A DNA stretch of 64,000 bases from the human T2T-CHM13v2.0 reference genome, Homo sapiens. Under the pieces are notes generated by a model. That model worked only from the letters and a program-made list of their open reading frames with translations, did not search any database and was not told the DNA's origin. Location: NCBI RefSeq assembly GCF_009914755.1, contig NC_060928.1. One strand, 5' to 3'. Shown here piece after piece: positions 48,463 through 62,119 of the stretch. The translations under genes were made by a program, and so were the position numbers. Each line of letters begins with the position of its first letter. Position 1 is the stretch's first letter.

Positions 48463-50271
48463 CTTATATATACCTTATGTGAAGAGATGTGAAAAATGGG
48501 AGACAATATCTTGATTAGGGTTATGGTAGACACAAGTGGCTAGGCAAAGGTAGAAAGCACAAGAAAAGTGGTTGCCAGAAGTTGCTATCCTGCTAGCATC
48601 CACCACACTGACTCCAATAAAAACCAAAGTGAAACAAAAAATTACCTCCATTTATAAGGTGGAAAAGAGTTCATCAGAAAAGCAATGGAGTGAGATCAAA
48701 GGTCTTCATTTTTTGTGGCAAATAGAAAAATCTAAGCAGAATCAAATATATATTGCGTAAAGCAAGGGATAAGATGTAATTTAGTTTGAGAGCAAAATCT
48801 TTCAAGACCTAAATGTTGCCTCTTTTCCCTTTGCCAAATAGTTGCTTATTAGTTTCCTAGGTTTTCACTCTAGAAGCTTGTATTCATATATGATGAAGTT
48901 GGTAAAATGCATTTTCTTTTCTCAGTAGTAAAATTATTTTTCTTTGGCTACATGTCAATGAAAATAACAAACTCTTCAGCTCCAAAGGGTCTAAAATGCC
49001 AGCTCACAAGTAGTTTTTTATTGGGGTACTTGTTTTTACTAACTTCTCCATTAATAGTACAAATCTGTTGCCTGATTAAAGTGTCCTATGAAATTGCCCT
49101 ATTCCACTCAAATCTGGAAGTCTTCCCTACAGCAAGTGTTTTGAGATATTGTTTCTGGTTCTGTGAAATAAAATATGGTCCAGATTTGACAAGTAAAGAT
49201 TAAGTTGGAGCAGGTCCTTGGCCTCTCCTCCCTCTGTGGCTAAAGAGAAGCCTACTCCATCGCAGGTTGTGCAGGAGTGACCTTCCCCACTCGCTGGGCT
49301 CTCTTTGGCTTATAGTTAAGGACAAGTCCAGAACTGTAATGGAAACGATCTCTTGTATAACATTGGCTTTGAATCACAATTTAAAAATAATGCAAGTTTA
49401 CTAAAAATTAAAATGCCTTTTAAAAAAGTTTCAGATACAGATATGCTTGAGAAAATCTTATTTTCAAAACAATTAAATATAATGCAGTCTTTCATTATGT
49501 GTTAATTGAACTATATTGATTTTTGAAAAATATATGGGGGTATGCCAGTAAAGCAGGAAGTCATTTTCTTTGCAATTACTTGCTTTTGAAGTCATCTTGT
49601 GAGGAGACTTAAGTCTTATTTCAACAATATTGTCAATGCTTAAATATTTCCTAAAGTGTGTTTTGGAGTTACAGTTAAGAGTATTTTCCTGCCTAACCTT
49701 CTTTACCAGACTTGCCTCCAAATGAGTCTTGGATATTTGGAGAAATGAAATCTGCCGGCAAAGATGGCAAAGATGGAGATTTTCTACCACATAGAATATT
49801 CACATAAACCAGCTTTAGGCTTTGAAAACTTATTTCAAATAGTCATTCCAAGCTTGATTTTAGGAGTGGCAGTATTGTTGAAAATATGAAAATAAATTTT
49901 TTGACTATGTCAAAGGTAGAGTGGCACACAGCTAGTTCTTTTTTTTGGGGGGGGGTCTTGTTTTTATTAACTTCTTCATGTCTTGTTTTTATTAACTTCT
50001 TCATTAATAGTACAAATCTGTTGCCTGATTGAAATGACTTATGAAATTGCCCTATTCCATTCAAATCTGGAAATCTTTCCCTGTGGCAAACCTCACCCCA
50101 TTTTGCCCAGGACTTTCTCACTTTTGGCGCAGAAAGTATTGCATCCTAGGAAGAATAAGAAAGACCACTCTAGACAGAGGACTGTTTTTAATTTGGATAA
50201 TGGTACTCTAAAGTTGCTTGGACTCTGTTATGGTATACAGAGTTTATATAGAATTTAAGAGAATAACAAAC

Positions 50272-50720
50272 TGCTGTCATAAGCTGCTAGTTTTAGTCCA
50301 ATAGCTCTTCTTTTCTTCTTTCATTTTTTAGTAATAGAACCCTAGATTTATAGCTTGGAGCAAAACAGCTCAGAATAAGGGCTATATATTCTAGTTTCCC
50401 TTCTAGCTAGGTGTGGTCATGTGACTAAAAACTGTACAATGGGACATATGTGTAAGTGATGCATGGAACTCTGAGAAGTGTCCTTAAAGGGAGGGAATGT
50501 GCCCTTTTTCTCCACTTCCCACACCTGCTACCATATTTGATAATGAGATGATCTTGGGAATGAAAGTCACACCCAATGGAGCCTGGGTCAATATCACTGT
50601 GGAGCTCCATATCTTCCCTGGATCTTCTTGACCAACAGACAGAGAAGTAAATTTCTGTATTTCTAAAGCTGTTGATATTTGAGGCTTTCCTCTCACCCAA
50701 AGTTTAATCAAATCCTCTGA
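50272..50720 (+). mobile_element. MaLR LTR (MLT1J-like)
   Basis: TTAGTAATAGAACCCTAGATTT..GCTAGGTGTGGTCATGTGACTAA..GAAGTGTCCTTAAAGGGAGGG..GGAGCCTGGGTC. Confidence 0.8.
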
Positions 50721-51529
50721 TAAGAAGTTTTAACAAAATGATTTTCTCAGCTCCTCCATGGTCAGAGGAAAACCCATACCTTCTTAGGTCATGATTCCTC
50801 ATTTTAGTTTTGTAATCTTTATTTGCGTTCAAGTTATAAAGCTTTAAATTAAAAATTAATTTTAATTTACTTTAATTTAAAGTATAAAATACAGGTCGAA
50901 GGGAAGGCTTTACAAAGGAAGAGGAAACCAAACCAGACATTCACTTTTTTGACATTTTTATGACAACCTCTCCTATGAGATTTTGGAAGTGGGGATTTTG
51001 CAGAGTTTAGGGGAATCTTGAATCTCTTTACTATTCTTGTCTTTAATGACAGCCCACTCCTTTGCCTCTCCTTATAACTCTAATAATTGCTGCTCAAATT
51101 GCTTTGCGGACACTTCTTACTTCACCAATATTTTTCTGATGTACCTTAAGGCTTCACCTTTAATCCAGTACTTCCCCCAGCCCTACCTTTATACCATATT
51201 CTTAGTTGATCTTATCTACTTTTTTATTACAATAAACTTTATTTAAACCAGAGTTCTATACACATTGGCATAACATTATTTATTTTACTTGTATGTAGTT
51301 CTGCCTCTTTCTTAACCTATGACTTGTTTGCCTCTGCCTTACTTCTAGCTGTTTTCCTAAATACAAATGTACACTGACTGTGTTAAATATTAACTTGCTA
51401 CTTTTAGAGTACTCTTTATTTTCTCTTTTCTCTCCCAATCTAAAAGAGACCACTTTGAATTTCTCTAAGTCTGGGCCAGATAATTCAAATGCTTTTGACT
51501 ACATCCCAAACACTCCAACCCAGAGCAAA

Positions 51530-51563
51530 CACACACACACACACACGCACACACACACACACA
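51530..51563 (+). repeat. (CA)n microsatellite within a probable hAT (MER113-like) remnant, ~51450-51835
   Basis: Microsatellite read directly; CTAAATTTATTTCACAATCCATTAA..CAATTTGAAAAA terminus. Confidence 0.7.
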
Positions 51564-52099
51564 TGCAGAATATAATATAATGGAAGAGAAAACATTTCTT
51601 ATAGTAAGATGCATCTCATAAAGTAAGGGTAAGTATTCTTAAATTTTGTTTAATTTTATACACACATACAAAAGTACTATATGAGATTAATACTATGCAC
51701 TTTATTTTCTAGACTTCTCTATTCCAGTCTATTTTATTCTCTTCCATTTGGTTCAAAATGAATATTTATCATAATCATCTAAATTTATTTCACAATCCAT
51801 TAACAGCCATGATACACAATTTGAAAAAGAGTCATTAAAATATTCTTTCAAGAAAGGAGGAAAAAATAAAAAATGTCCCTAGTATTTTTCAGAGCCTGGC
51901 TAAAAAGCAACCACTGTAAGCTGTGTTTATGGGAGCAAAACCATATTTTCATTGTCAAAGTGAATTAGGGGATTGGATCTCATCTGCTTTTGTATTTTAA
52001 GCCACTGTCATTATATTGGTCATTTCTACAATGTTATCTCTAGAGCAGACTTTCTGCTGCTTCAAGTTCCTAAAGTCAACTGCTTTCTGGTAGGACAGA

Positions 52100-53400
52100 T
52101 ACTTTTTATGTAACTGAAATTCATAATGTTCAAAATTCAAACTGATTGAAAAGAACACCTTCTTCCTAAACGTGTCTCTCATTGCTAATGGACTGAATGT
52201 TTGTGCCTCAACAAAATACATATGGTGAAGTCCAACCTCCAATGTGATGGTGTTTCGAGGTGGGGCCTATGGGAGATGATCAGGTCATGAAGGTAGAGCC
52301 CATATAAATGAGATTAAAGCCTTTCAAGAAGAGATAAGGGAAGAGCTTGCTTCTCTCTCTCTCTCTCTGTCTCTCTCTGTCAACCCTCACCCCCAATGCA
52401 CATGTGAAGGTACAATGAGGAGTCAGCTATCTTTAAACCAGGAAAGTGGGCCTTTACCAAGACCTCGACCATACTAGCACCCTGATCTCAAATTTCCAGA
52501 CTCCGGAACCGTGAGACATAAATGTTTGTTGTTTAAGCCACCCAGTCCATGCTATTGTATTATAGTAGCTTACAATGACTAAGACACCCATTGTAGATTC
52601 TTTATTATTCCATTTGAGTGACATCAACAGTTACCCACATTAGAAACCTATCATTCTTGATGCTGCCCTTTTCCTCAGACTCCAGTGCCAACACCCATTT
52701 ATTATTACTCACTAAGTCTTGCAAATTTTATAGCTTAAATATTTATCGAATTCACCCCATTGTCTCCAACCTTATCACCTCCCTCCAGTTTTTGACTCTC
52801 CTTATATCTCTACCTGGGTTACTACTGCAGCTTTGGAATCACTTTCCTGCTTTAGTTTTGTCTACCTCAAATCCCATTTCACCACTGAGGCACTATAGGA
52901 AATAATCCATATTTCAAATCTGACTTAATGCTCCTTTAATTAAAATCTTTCAAAGGCTTTGCATCCCCTATTGGATATGATCCAAATTCCTTAGAATTGC
53001 AAAGAAGCCGTCGGTGTGCTAGACCTTGCTTGTCATTCCAGCCTCACCTGTTGCACTGCCTAGCCTTGAAAGTGCTATTCTAACACGAAACAGCACATAC
53101 AACATTCTGGGACTCACATCCATTCACCTACTAATGCTTCCTCTGATCCTTCTGCATAGTCAAGCTCTAAAATTAATTTCAGGTGTCTCCTCTTTTAACG
53201 TCATGCCTGACCTCTCCCTCCAATGTGAATTAAACATCTCTCCCCTCTGCTCCCAAAATATCCTAAGATTTTCCCCCATTATAGTCATTATATGCTCTAG
53301 TTATTTGTTTAAATGTGTGTCTTCTTATTAAGTCATACAGTAGAACTTAAGTGTATGTTAATGAATGCATGAGTTAATAAATGCATTAATGAGTGAACTA
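52100..53400 (+). mobile_element. L2 (host of the MLT1A LTR)
   Basis: CATAATGTTCAAAATTCAAACT..AGAAACCTATCATTCTTGA..AAAATCTTTCAAAGGCTT..TCCAAATTCCTTAG..AATGAATGCATGA. Confidence 0.8.
52183..52586 (+). mobile_element. MaLR solo LTR (MLT1A-like)
   Basis: TGCTAATGGACTGAATGTTTGTG..GAGGTGGGGCCTATGGGAG..TTTAAGCCACCCAGTC..GACTAAGACA; TSD CTCAT/CCCAT. Confidence 0.9.
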
Positions 53401-54062
53401 ACTTAATAATAACATAGTGCCTAGAATAAGAACACACAATAGAAATACATTTTATTTGATTCTAGATATGAGATTGAGCTGGAAATAACCTCTGCTATCC
53501 AAAAGATCATTCTATTTGATTCATATGATTTTGCTAACTGGGTAGGTGTTCTTTGCTTTCCACCATTCTATATATGATCTTCCTGAACTGGAGACTCAGA
53601 CAGAGATAGTGGCCTTTGCCTGGAGCAAAAAAAAAATCCCAGTTCACATTGTTTTCAGTAGACTACAAGCAGGGTTGATTCAATGATATTTCAGGAGATA
53701 GATGTTGACCATATTCTTCCTAACAAAGTCAATCATTCAGCTGACTTTGCATTTTGTCATATTCTACAGGTTCTTAAAAAACTAGTCCATTCGAATGTCT
53801 CAAAGATTAATTTCTAACTAAAAGGCAATTGGATTGACTGAACTGTATGTAGTAATTGGCAAGAAGTTAAATAGCCTCAGAATAAAAAAAAGTAAGGAAA
53901 TATAAAGTCTCCTTCTCGAAAGCACCCCAGAAGAATTTCAAACAAGTTAATATTTATACTCATAATACTATAATTTTCTCCAGTCCCCTTTTATTCTTCC
54001 TATATAACTATTCAATTATGGTAAAATGTCTATCATATTAGAAGCACCTTTTTATTTTGTTT

Positions 54063-54922
54063 TGTAAACCAAAAATAAAATTCTAAGCCCCCAACTGACT
54101 GAATGGACCTTCCTCTTGGCCAAGGGGATCCAAACAAACCTGAAAAACTAGTTCAGGTCATGATGAGGAAGTGGAAGTTCGACATGTCTCACTATACGCT
54201 CCTCCCTTTGGAGTTTAGACACAACTGATCATCATTAACATTAAAACAAAGATCTTAGCACAGATAAAATAGACTCTTTGCAGCAATAAGACATCAAATT
54301 TCTCACTCTGTAATAACATCATATGACAGAGAGCAGGCCCTGAAGGAGATCAGTCTTTTACCCCAAAATATATTTCTTTGACATATTTTGAAATGGCACT
54401 GCAAAGCTGTCTCTTTTGGGAGACACTGGCATTCTGTAGAGAATCTCCTTCCTTTATGAGGTCTGACACTTTTTAAGGTCCAGTGAGACATTCACATCTA
54501 TTCTCTGTGAAGCCTGCTACATGCAGGCTTCATCTACATAGTAAGAACCTTGGCTTCTACAACCCCTCCATTATCTTAACTCCAGCTGATTTCAACTCTT
54601 CAGGCAGAGCTTAACCCTTTCAGCCAACCGCGAATCAGGAAATGTTTTAATCCACCTATGACCTGGAAGATCCTTGCTTTGAGATGTCCCATCTTTCTGG
54701 GCCGAACCAATGTATACCTTGCCTGTATTGATTTATGTCTTTGCCTATAACTTCTGTGCCTTAAAATATATAAAATCAAGATGCAACCCAATCACCTTGG
54801 TTCTCAGGACCTTCTGAGGCTGTGTCATAGGTCATGATCCTTTATCTTTTCCTTTATCTCTACCTTGGGGAAATAAACTTCTAAATTAATTAAGATCTGT
54901 CTCAGATACATTTTGGTTTACA
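54063..54922 (+). mobile_element. MER4-family solo LTR (MER4D-like)
   Basis: TGTAAACCAAAAATAAAATTCTAAGCCCCC..AATAAACTTCTAAATT..TTTTGGTTTACA; terminal inverted TGTAAACCAAAA/TTTTGGTTTACA. Confidence 0.9.
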
Positions 54923-57667
54923 CCTTTAAATTGTGTGTATATCTCAGCACTTTATTTGGGTCAAGACCTAGCCCATTTATTAATAGAGATAATATTTAAT
55001 TAGCAGAAATACCCATGTACAGCAACAAGAAAACCTGTATTACTAATGCTTGAAGGATTTAGATTTCAAAGTCTCTTAACAACCTCGGGCTAAGAACACA
55101 TGTCACAGAAGAGGTATTTGGTAGATGGATTGACCTTTAAGAAAGCAAACGCTTCTTTGTCTGTCGAGGCCACTTTGGCTAAGACAGAGTGAACATGGGG
55201 AAGAGCAAAATGGCACGAGGGTGAAAAGACATCTGGGTGAAACGATAGAAGTGATCTTAAAATGGGGGGGTGTAGTAAGAGAATTATAAATAGAAGAATA
55301 AATGCAAATGTTCTCTTCCATTGTTTTTTCTTGGGTCACATGTAGTTAGGACAGGCAGATATTGCTAGGGTAGCATGTCTCTTGGGATGAGACTAGGCTG
55401 CTCTTAAAAAGTGAGGTACAAACTAGAGAAGGGCCCAGTTTTGGGGACACTAATGTTTGAAGGGACAAGAAGAGATTGTGCAGCTCATGCATGATCTGGT
55501 TTAGGTCACCAGGGTAGAAAACCCTACAGTAAATTGAGGATGAAGTTATAACTAGTTATAAAGAGTATATATTTGTTTGGAGAGTCCTTTGGGGTTGTGA
55601 GAGTAGCATGGTTTCTGAACTTAGCAATACTGTTATTCTTTTCATGTATCACAACTAAAATGAAATACAACTATATTTACCATTTTAAATAATCACAACT
55701 GCTTTTTGGACATAGACACTGTGTGAGCAAGAAGGGGTGGAAGAAAGATTGCTAGAAATAGATGTATGTACAAATCCATATATACTTACATTTAATATAT
55801 ATTTGACAGTGAGATTTAATATTTGCTGGCATTTATTCCAATGCTTTTCTTTTTCTTAAAGGACTGAGGTTGATTTTCAAAATGATTTATCCCTATGGCT
55901 CCCACTAATACATCACCACTTTAGAATTTTGCTTCATACAGCTGCAGCTTCACCCACATGCCACAGAAAAACAAACCTTTTTAATATACGAAGGGTGTCA
56001 ATGTTAGTCATGTGATTTGTAATGCTTTTGCTTAAATATTGATTTTTTTCAAATTCAATTTTTATTGATTTCTCTTAAATATTAATCATTTCTAATGACA
56101 GCTTAAAAAATAGGCTGAGCCCCTTGAACATTCTTGCTATCCACTCCTTGTAGAAATAGAGTACAATTTTAGTATGCTTCAAATTAAGTCAAACAAAAAC
56201 ATACTGCTTTTTCATTTAAGGGTTTATTGTAATCAATCAAAATTTTATTTGTCCAAATCTAGGAATTTATGCAGTGTTAAACATGGCTGTGCAGTTTCAT
56301 CATGAAAATCCAGTGCCATCTATGACCTCTAGCTCGTTTATCTGTGCTTTGCTGCCATAGCTGCTTCCTGGCAAACTGTTCCTGGCCTTTAGGAGATCAG
56401 CGTTCTGCAATATTAGTAAAGTTGACAGGGCCCAACTTAAAATAACTAGAAAGTGGCAGATTGTTAACAGTTGCAGGGGACGAGGTGTCTCCTGTACAAG
56501 CGTGTGGAAAATATTCCGATTCTCTTGGAAAATAAACGTCACTTCCCCAACATTGGTTATGCTTTAAATTTGTGATTGAGAAATTAGTGCTTCTGAAGAA
56601 TTGAGTGCTAAACTTGGCAATAATTAGCTGTGAGGCTTCCAGTACATCATTTAACCCCTCTGACCTTGGTTACCTCATCCACAATAGCGCCAGTGGCTCC
56701 GTGGGAGACAAACAGCACAGGCAGTTACCCACTTGAGCAGGTTTGTATTTAGAGTTTTTCTATGTGGATTGTTGAGATTTGAGGCTATATTTACCCACAC
56801 AAACAATGTATTAGTGCTGGTTGGATTTTAGTCCAGTTCACAAAGCCCTTTAAACCTATAACATAGCTAAAAATATGATTTTTTAAAATATGAATTTAAG
56901 ATTAGATAATTTTTTATTTTTTGTTTTTAACGAACAGTATTGAAGTACTACAAATTAAAGATAAATGTAATAAAGCAAATAAATATTTTCTTTTGCGTTT
57001 TCAGTGATGGTGTTTGAAAATAACACAAGGACAATAATGATGGGGGTTATGACAAAATTAAATATACTTCTATACACCATGAATGTATTAAAGTTGATAG
57101 AAAGTTTTAAGAATTTTTTTTTGAATCTAATGTTTATTTACATTTGACATAGAAAATTTGGAGAATAAAGATAAATCTAAAAATGCATTTAAAAATGATC
57201 TTCCACTACCTAGAGATAGTCATTATAAAAATACACTTTGGCAATAATTTAGTTCTTGCTTTTAACTAATCAGGACATTGAACTTAACCATCATGATAAA
57301 CCTTTTTTTTTTTTTTGTCTCACAAATAAATTAGGGCCAAAATACAGTGCAGTAAATAATATATGCAAGTGTCTGTTATGGTCATGGTGATCCAGAAAGA
57401 ATCCTGCAGGATAAGTTAATCAGGTGACTGTCTGGAGCTGGTGAACTGAGGAGAAATGATATGGAAGAAGTGGCATACACCAAGTGCCAGGGTCAATATA
57501 AGAATACTATATGTTTGGAAGTACAGTTAATTCTATATAGGAACCACTGATGAATTTATCTATTATTCATCTTTTGTTATGAACCTGATTTAGGCAAGCT
57601 TGGATTCCAATCTAGGCCCTATCACTTAGTGGCTGTGTAATTCTAGACACATTTATGTAACGTCTTC

Positions 57668-57944
57668 TTTTAATTGGTATAAAATTTACATACCATAAAA
57701 CTAACCATTTTAAAGTGTATAGCTCAGTAACATTTAGTATGTTCACAAAGTTGTGTAATCACTACCTTTATCTGATTCCAAAACACTTTCCTCACTCTAA
57801 GAGGAAATCTGTACCAATTAAGCAGTCACTCCCCATTCCCCTTTCTTCCCAGCTCCTGAAAACCACTAATCTGCTTTCCATTTTTATGGATTTATCTATT
57901 CTGAATATTTCACATAAATAAAATCATACAACATGTGAACTTTG
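57668..57944 (-). mobile_element. L1MB 3' end inserted in a MIR (~57590-58120)
   Basis: ATAAAACTAACCATTTTAAAGTGTATAGCTCAGTAACATTTAGTATGTTCACA..AACCACTAATCTGCTTTC. Confidence 0.85.
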
Positions 57945-59321
57945 CACTTACTTAACTTCTTTAACTTTTTTTGAGCTTCAGTCTTCCCCACTATCTTCCC
58001 ACCCTAACATGTACTTTATTGTATGAATTATCATTGTATGAATTAAAATAAGATCATGTCCATAAAATACCAAACACAAACCCTGGAACCATGCATTCTG
58101 TCAAATAGTTCCTCTTTTATTGTTTGGTTTAAAATCATTGCGTATATCTTTGTATGTATATAGATATTATACTAATCTGTGAGGATTTACTTAATGTAAA
58201 CTTTTTTTCCTATCACTAATACACTTTTTGTGTGACCTTGTTAATGTAGGTCTAGCTAGGGATTTTCATCTTGGCCTACAGTGCTGCCCTTTTCTCTCAT
58301 TTCATCTCCTGCCTTCTTTTCTAAACATAGTTGTATTTCCATCCATTTGGTGGGTCTTGGGAATTTTCTTTTCATATCTGTGAAAACAGCAAGCTGACAA
58401 GCTTCTCCTTGGCATGACACAGCATGTGTGAATCTATGTCATGTCCAAGTGACTTTGTTCATAGTTAATTTGTTAAATTCCTTTGGAGAACAGACATGGC
58501 ATTCCCTACTGAGCAATCAGCACAGCTGCGAAGCCAGGCAGTGGCCAAACAGAACCCAGTGGGAAATGTGTATTCAAAGTCCAGAGACAGCAGTCATGGC
58601 TGAGCCCCTGAAAGTTTACTGGCCTCTCTTTGGGGATATGCAGTATAACTTGCCCAGGAGCCCCATGTTGTCCATGAATCTTAGGTATATAAGGTGCTTG
58701 GCTGTGAAGGTTTAATAGACATAAAGCAATAGAAGGAGATACCCTGGAGTCATGATATAATCCCATTCTACTCTGTACTCTTCCCTCCTTTGTTCCTTCT
58801 CTTCTTTTCTTTTTGCTATCCTAATATTTTTCTTCTATCGTCTCAGCTGCTTTGATCTTGGTGTGTTGCTCCTTTGACAATTAAGTGATGAGGACTGCGG
58901 CTGACAAGTCATTATAGAGGGAGCTGGACTTTAAAAAGAAATCAAATAAACCTCAGTCATGATTCCCGTGAGTCAGAAGAGACCATGTGCCACTACATCG
59001 TCTTGGGTAGACAGTGGGTGGGCAAAAAGGACAGTGTGTGCACACTCTTCAATAAGCACTCCTAATAAAGTTAGCTCCAGCTGAGATGATCAAAGGCTGT
59101 TTTTCCCAAAGTTAGCCTATGAATCGTCAAAGTCAGCCTGGCATTCAGAGGTTAGAATCACATATCTCCCTGAAATTATCCATAAGGTCCAGGAACTTAT
59201 CTCTGCCATCATGATAGGAAAACAAGCTCTGGCCCACAAGAGCTGGAAATAAAGATTTCAAGGTAGTGAGACTAATGAGATGATCTACAAACTACAAACT
59301 TGGTGCCTCTTTTTGCTTCAG

Positions 59322-59363
59322 TTTTTTGTTTTGTTTTGTTTTGTTTTGTTTTGTTTTGTTTTT
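59322..59363 (+). repeat. (TTTTG)n microsatellite
   Basis: Direct read. Confidence 0.9.
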
Positions 59364-59679
59364 ATCTGAGGGTGGGGGGTGGTTTGATTCTCATGTTCTG
59401 TTTTCTTAGGCTAATGTGATAATGGCTGAAAAAAAGAATTCAGCAGAGAAAAATGTGAAAATTTCAAGGAAAGGTCCTTCATAACTCTGAAGCAGGGTCA
59501 TGGAATTTTGTGGTAATTTTTCAACTTTTCTTCTTGGTTGAAAAAAGATATACCTAGGTGTTGGTCCCATAAAGTTGAACTGAAACATCATTCAGAGAAA
59601 AGAGGTTTCTGGAAACTTCTAATTAGACCTGTTGTGTGTGTGTGTGTGAGAGAGAGAGTATGCAAGAGTGTGCCCATGG

Positions 59680-59875
59680 GGTCCACCCAGCATTGTGCTA
59701 GACTTTCCATATGTTATTTATTTTATTTCTGAAAAAAGTGAAGTGGGCATTTGGGAAAGTTGAAATTAACAAATGGAAAGCAACATGCTACCACTGGTCA
59801 GGAAGCTTGTAAGTGTCAAGATCAGAACTTGAACTCAGGTCTCTGACTCCAAAACATTTTCCACTGTGCTACCTG
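59680..59875 (-). mobile_element. MIR fragment
   Basis: CATTGTGCTAGACTTTCCATATGTTATTT..AGAACTTGAACTCAGGTCTCTGACTCCAAA. Confidence 0.6.
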
Positions 59876-59949
59876 CTCTTGTACTGCCTAGTAGGACCTA
59901 CAGAATACCCAGTATCCTCCTCCTCTCACAGATTCCCTCAAAGCCCATC

Positions 59950-60370
59950 TAGTTAACAACTGTAGATTGAATAATCAGTACCTGCAAAAGCTCTCAAAAG
60001 CCTGAAGGTGAGGGAGTCAGGTCCTATCTTCAAGGATGTCACAGTTTAGATGGGGAGGTAAGAAATGGACTCAGATAACTAGAGCACAAGGCAGAGTGTG
60101 CTGAGGGAGTACCAAGGAGCAAGAACCTCATTTCTAGCTGGGAGTGCCCAGGGCATTTCATAGGGAGCTGGCACTAGAACTTGACTTTCAAGGGTGGAAA
60201 GGATTAAGAAATGCAGATGGGGAGGGATTTCAGGCTGGAAGGAGGAAGGAAAGAGAAAGGGACCCACAGGCTGAGGGTGAGGACTTGTAAGTCATCCAGG
60301 TTGTCTGGGCTCTAAGCTAAGACCAACCAGATCTGGACCCCCACCTAAAGAGTTTGGACTTTCTGGTTTA
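59950..60370 (-). mobile_element. L2 fragment
   Basis: GGTCCTATCTTCAAGGATGTCACAGTTTAGATGGGGAG..GGGCATTTCATAGGGAG..GAGTTTGGACTT. Confidence 0.65.
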
Positions 60371-60419
60371 CGTTGCATCAGATGTTTGCAAGGGAGGAAA
60401 TAAGTAGTAAGATACTAAA

Positions 60420-60722
60420 GGCAAAGGCCACAAATGGAAGACTGGCAGGCAGATTACTATAAAGGTTGAAGTGGCTTTTTTGACAAACATATTATAGTAA
60501 TATTTTTAACATTTTGAGTAATTATTTAAAAAGAGAGGGGATTTACATAACAACAAGCAGCTAGCATTTGATATGGCAACAATTGTCCACAACTGAGAAG
60601 CAGCCCCTTCAGTTCTTCTGCTTCAGTTTCCCAGAGTCCCTGTCTAATTCAACGCCTGGATTGCTTCATTCGTTTACCTTACCTACCTAGTTCCTGTGAG
60701 CAGTTAAGTTGGTAAACCCTGT
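60420..60722 (+). mobile_element. hAT-Charlie fossil (MER102-like)
   Basis: ATGGCAACAATTG..CTGAGAAGCAGCCCCTT..CAGTTTCCCAGAGTCCC..TTGCTTCATTCGTTTACCTTACCT..CCTGTGAGCA. Confidence 0.55.
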
Positions 60723-61033
60723 CTCAGGTTGTCACCAGAAGATGGTCTATTGTCATAAAGTGGAAAAGTTAGAGATTCGAGTTAATGGTAACACAGCGGT
60801 TAATATTGTCATCACAGGCATATTATACACATTATGATTCTGTAGAAAGAAAAGCATCGGTTTATGGATTTATTAATTTTTCTTGATCTTTTCTTCTTCC
60901 ATATTTCTTCTTATCAAAAGAGACAAGTGTTCTTAAATTTTCCACTAAGTGAGCACTTTGGTTTTGTCAAAAAAAGGAATAAATAGAATTAGAATAGAAA
61001 AAGCAACAGTATTTACAATATGGTTTCAGAGGC

Positions 61034-61497
61034 TGTATTAGTTTCCTTTTGCTGCTATAACAAATTACCACAAACATAGTGGCTTAATAGAAAACAAATT
61101 TATCATCTTACAGTTCTGGAAGTTAGAAGTCTGAAATGAATCTCAAGGGGCAGCAGGACTATGTTCTTTCTGGGGTCTCTGGGGAAGAACCCACTGCCTT
61201 GCCTTTTCCAGCTTCAAGGCTGCCTGGATTCCTTGACTTATGGCCTCCTAGGAAATTACATCACTGTTTCTGTAATCACATCTCCTCTTACTCTGATGCT
61301 CTTGCGTGCCTCTTATAACAAACCCTTGTGACTACATTTGAAATACCCACATAATCCAGGATAATCTCTCCATCGCAAGCTCTTCAACTTAATCACATTT
61401 GCAAAGTTCCTTTTGCCATGTAAGGTAACGTATTCACAGGTTTTGGGGATTAGAACATAGATATCTTTGGTGGGGAGGGGCATTATTCTGGCTCATA
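61034..61497 (-). mobile_element. MaLR solo LTR (MLT1C/D-like)
   Basis: TGTATTAGTTTCCTTTTGCTGCTATAACAAATTACCACAAAC..ATAATCCAGGATAATCTC..TTAATCACATTTGCAAAG..GGGGATTAG. Confidence 0.9.
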
Positions 61498-62119
61498 GAG
61501 ATCACAGTAAGATTCTGACCTCCCAAAGAGTTGAATCTACCATACCCGCTCAAATTCCATGAAGAATGCTCAGAGCATTTTATTCCATAAGGACAGCTAA
61601 GAAAAATAACTAGAAGAGAAGGTAGAACAGTGTCTTAAAATTGGCACAAGACCAAGGTACAAATCCTGATTCAAGATGTTGGGCAGAAAGTGAAGGAAGG
61701 TGAGCAAAGCAGGACACTGTATAGGAGGGTGCAGAAAGAGAATCTGGAGAAATAACTATTTATACAGTGATTAATGACTGACCAAATATTTCTTCATATG
61801 ACTCCATGAGATTCTCACAACAAGAAAGTTAGCATCTCTAACCATGTTTTATAGGTGTATAAACAAGGCCTATGCTAGGTAACTTCTCAGAGACACACAG
61901 GTAACGAGACACAGAAACTCTTATACTCAGATATGTCTAACTGCAAGCCACACTATAAGGTGGCCTGTTGCACAATTTGCTGAAGACCAGACTGAAAGCG
62001 TTAGTAAGTAATGTTCATACCAAGCAAATTTTATGACTTATGAAGATTTCTGGAGGATTATTTGTTTTGAGCATAATTACCTCTGGAGAAGATGTAATTA
62101 CCTCTGCTTTAAAAGATGC

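Noticed and set aside
48907-50258. Two ORFs sharing LIVQICCLI..YEIALFHSNLE, suggestive of a small paralogous protein pair
   Set aside because: The similarity is confined to the local DNA duplication; no gene structure
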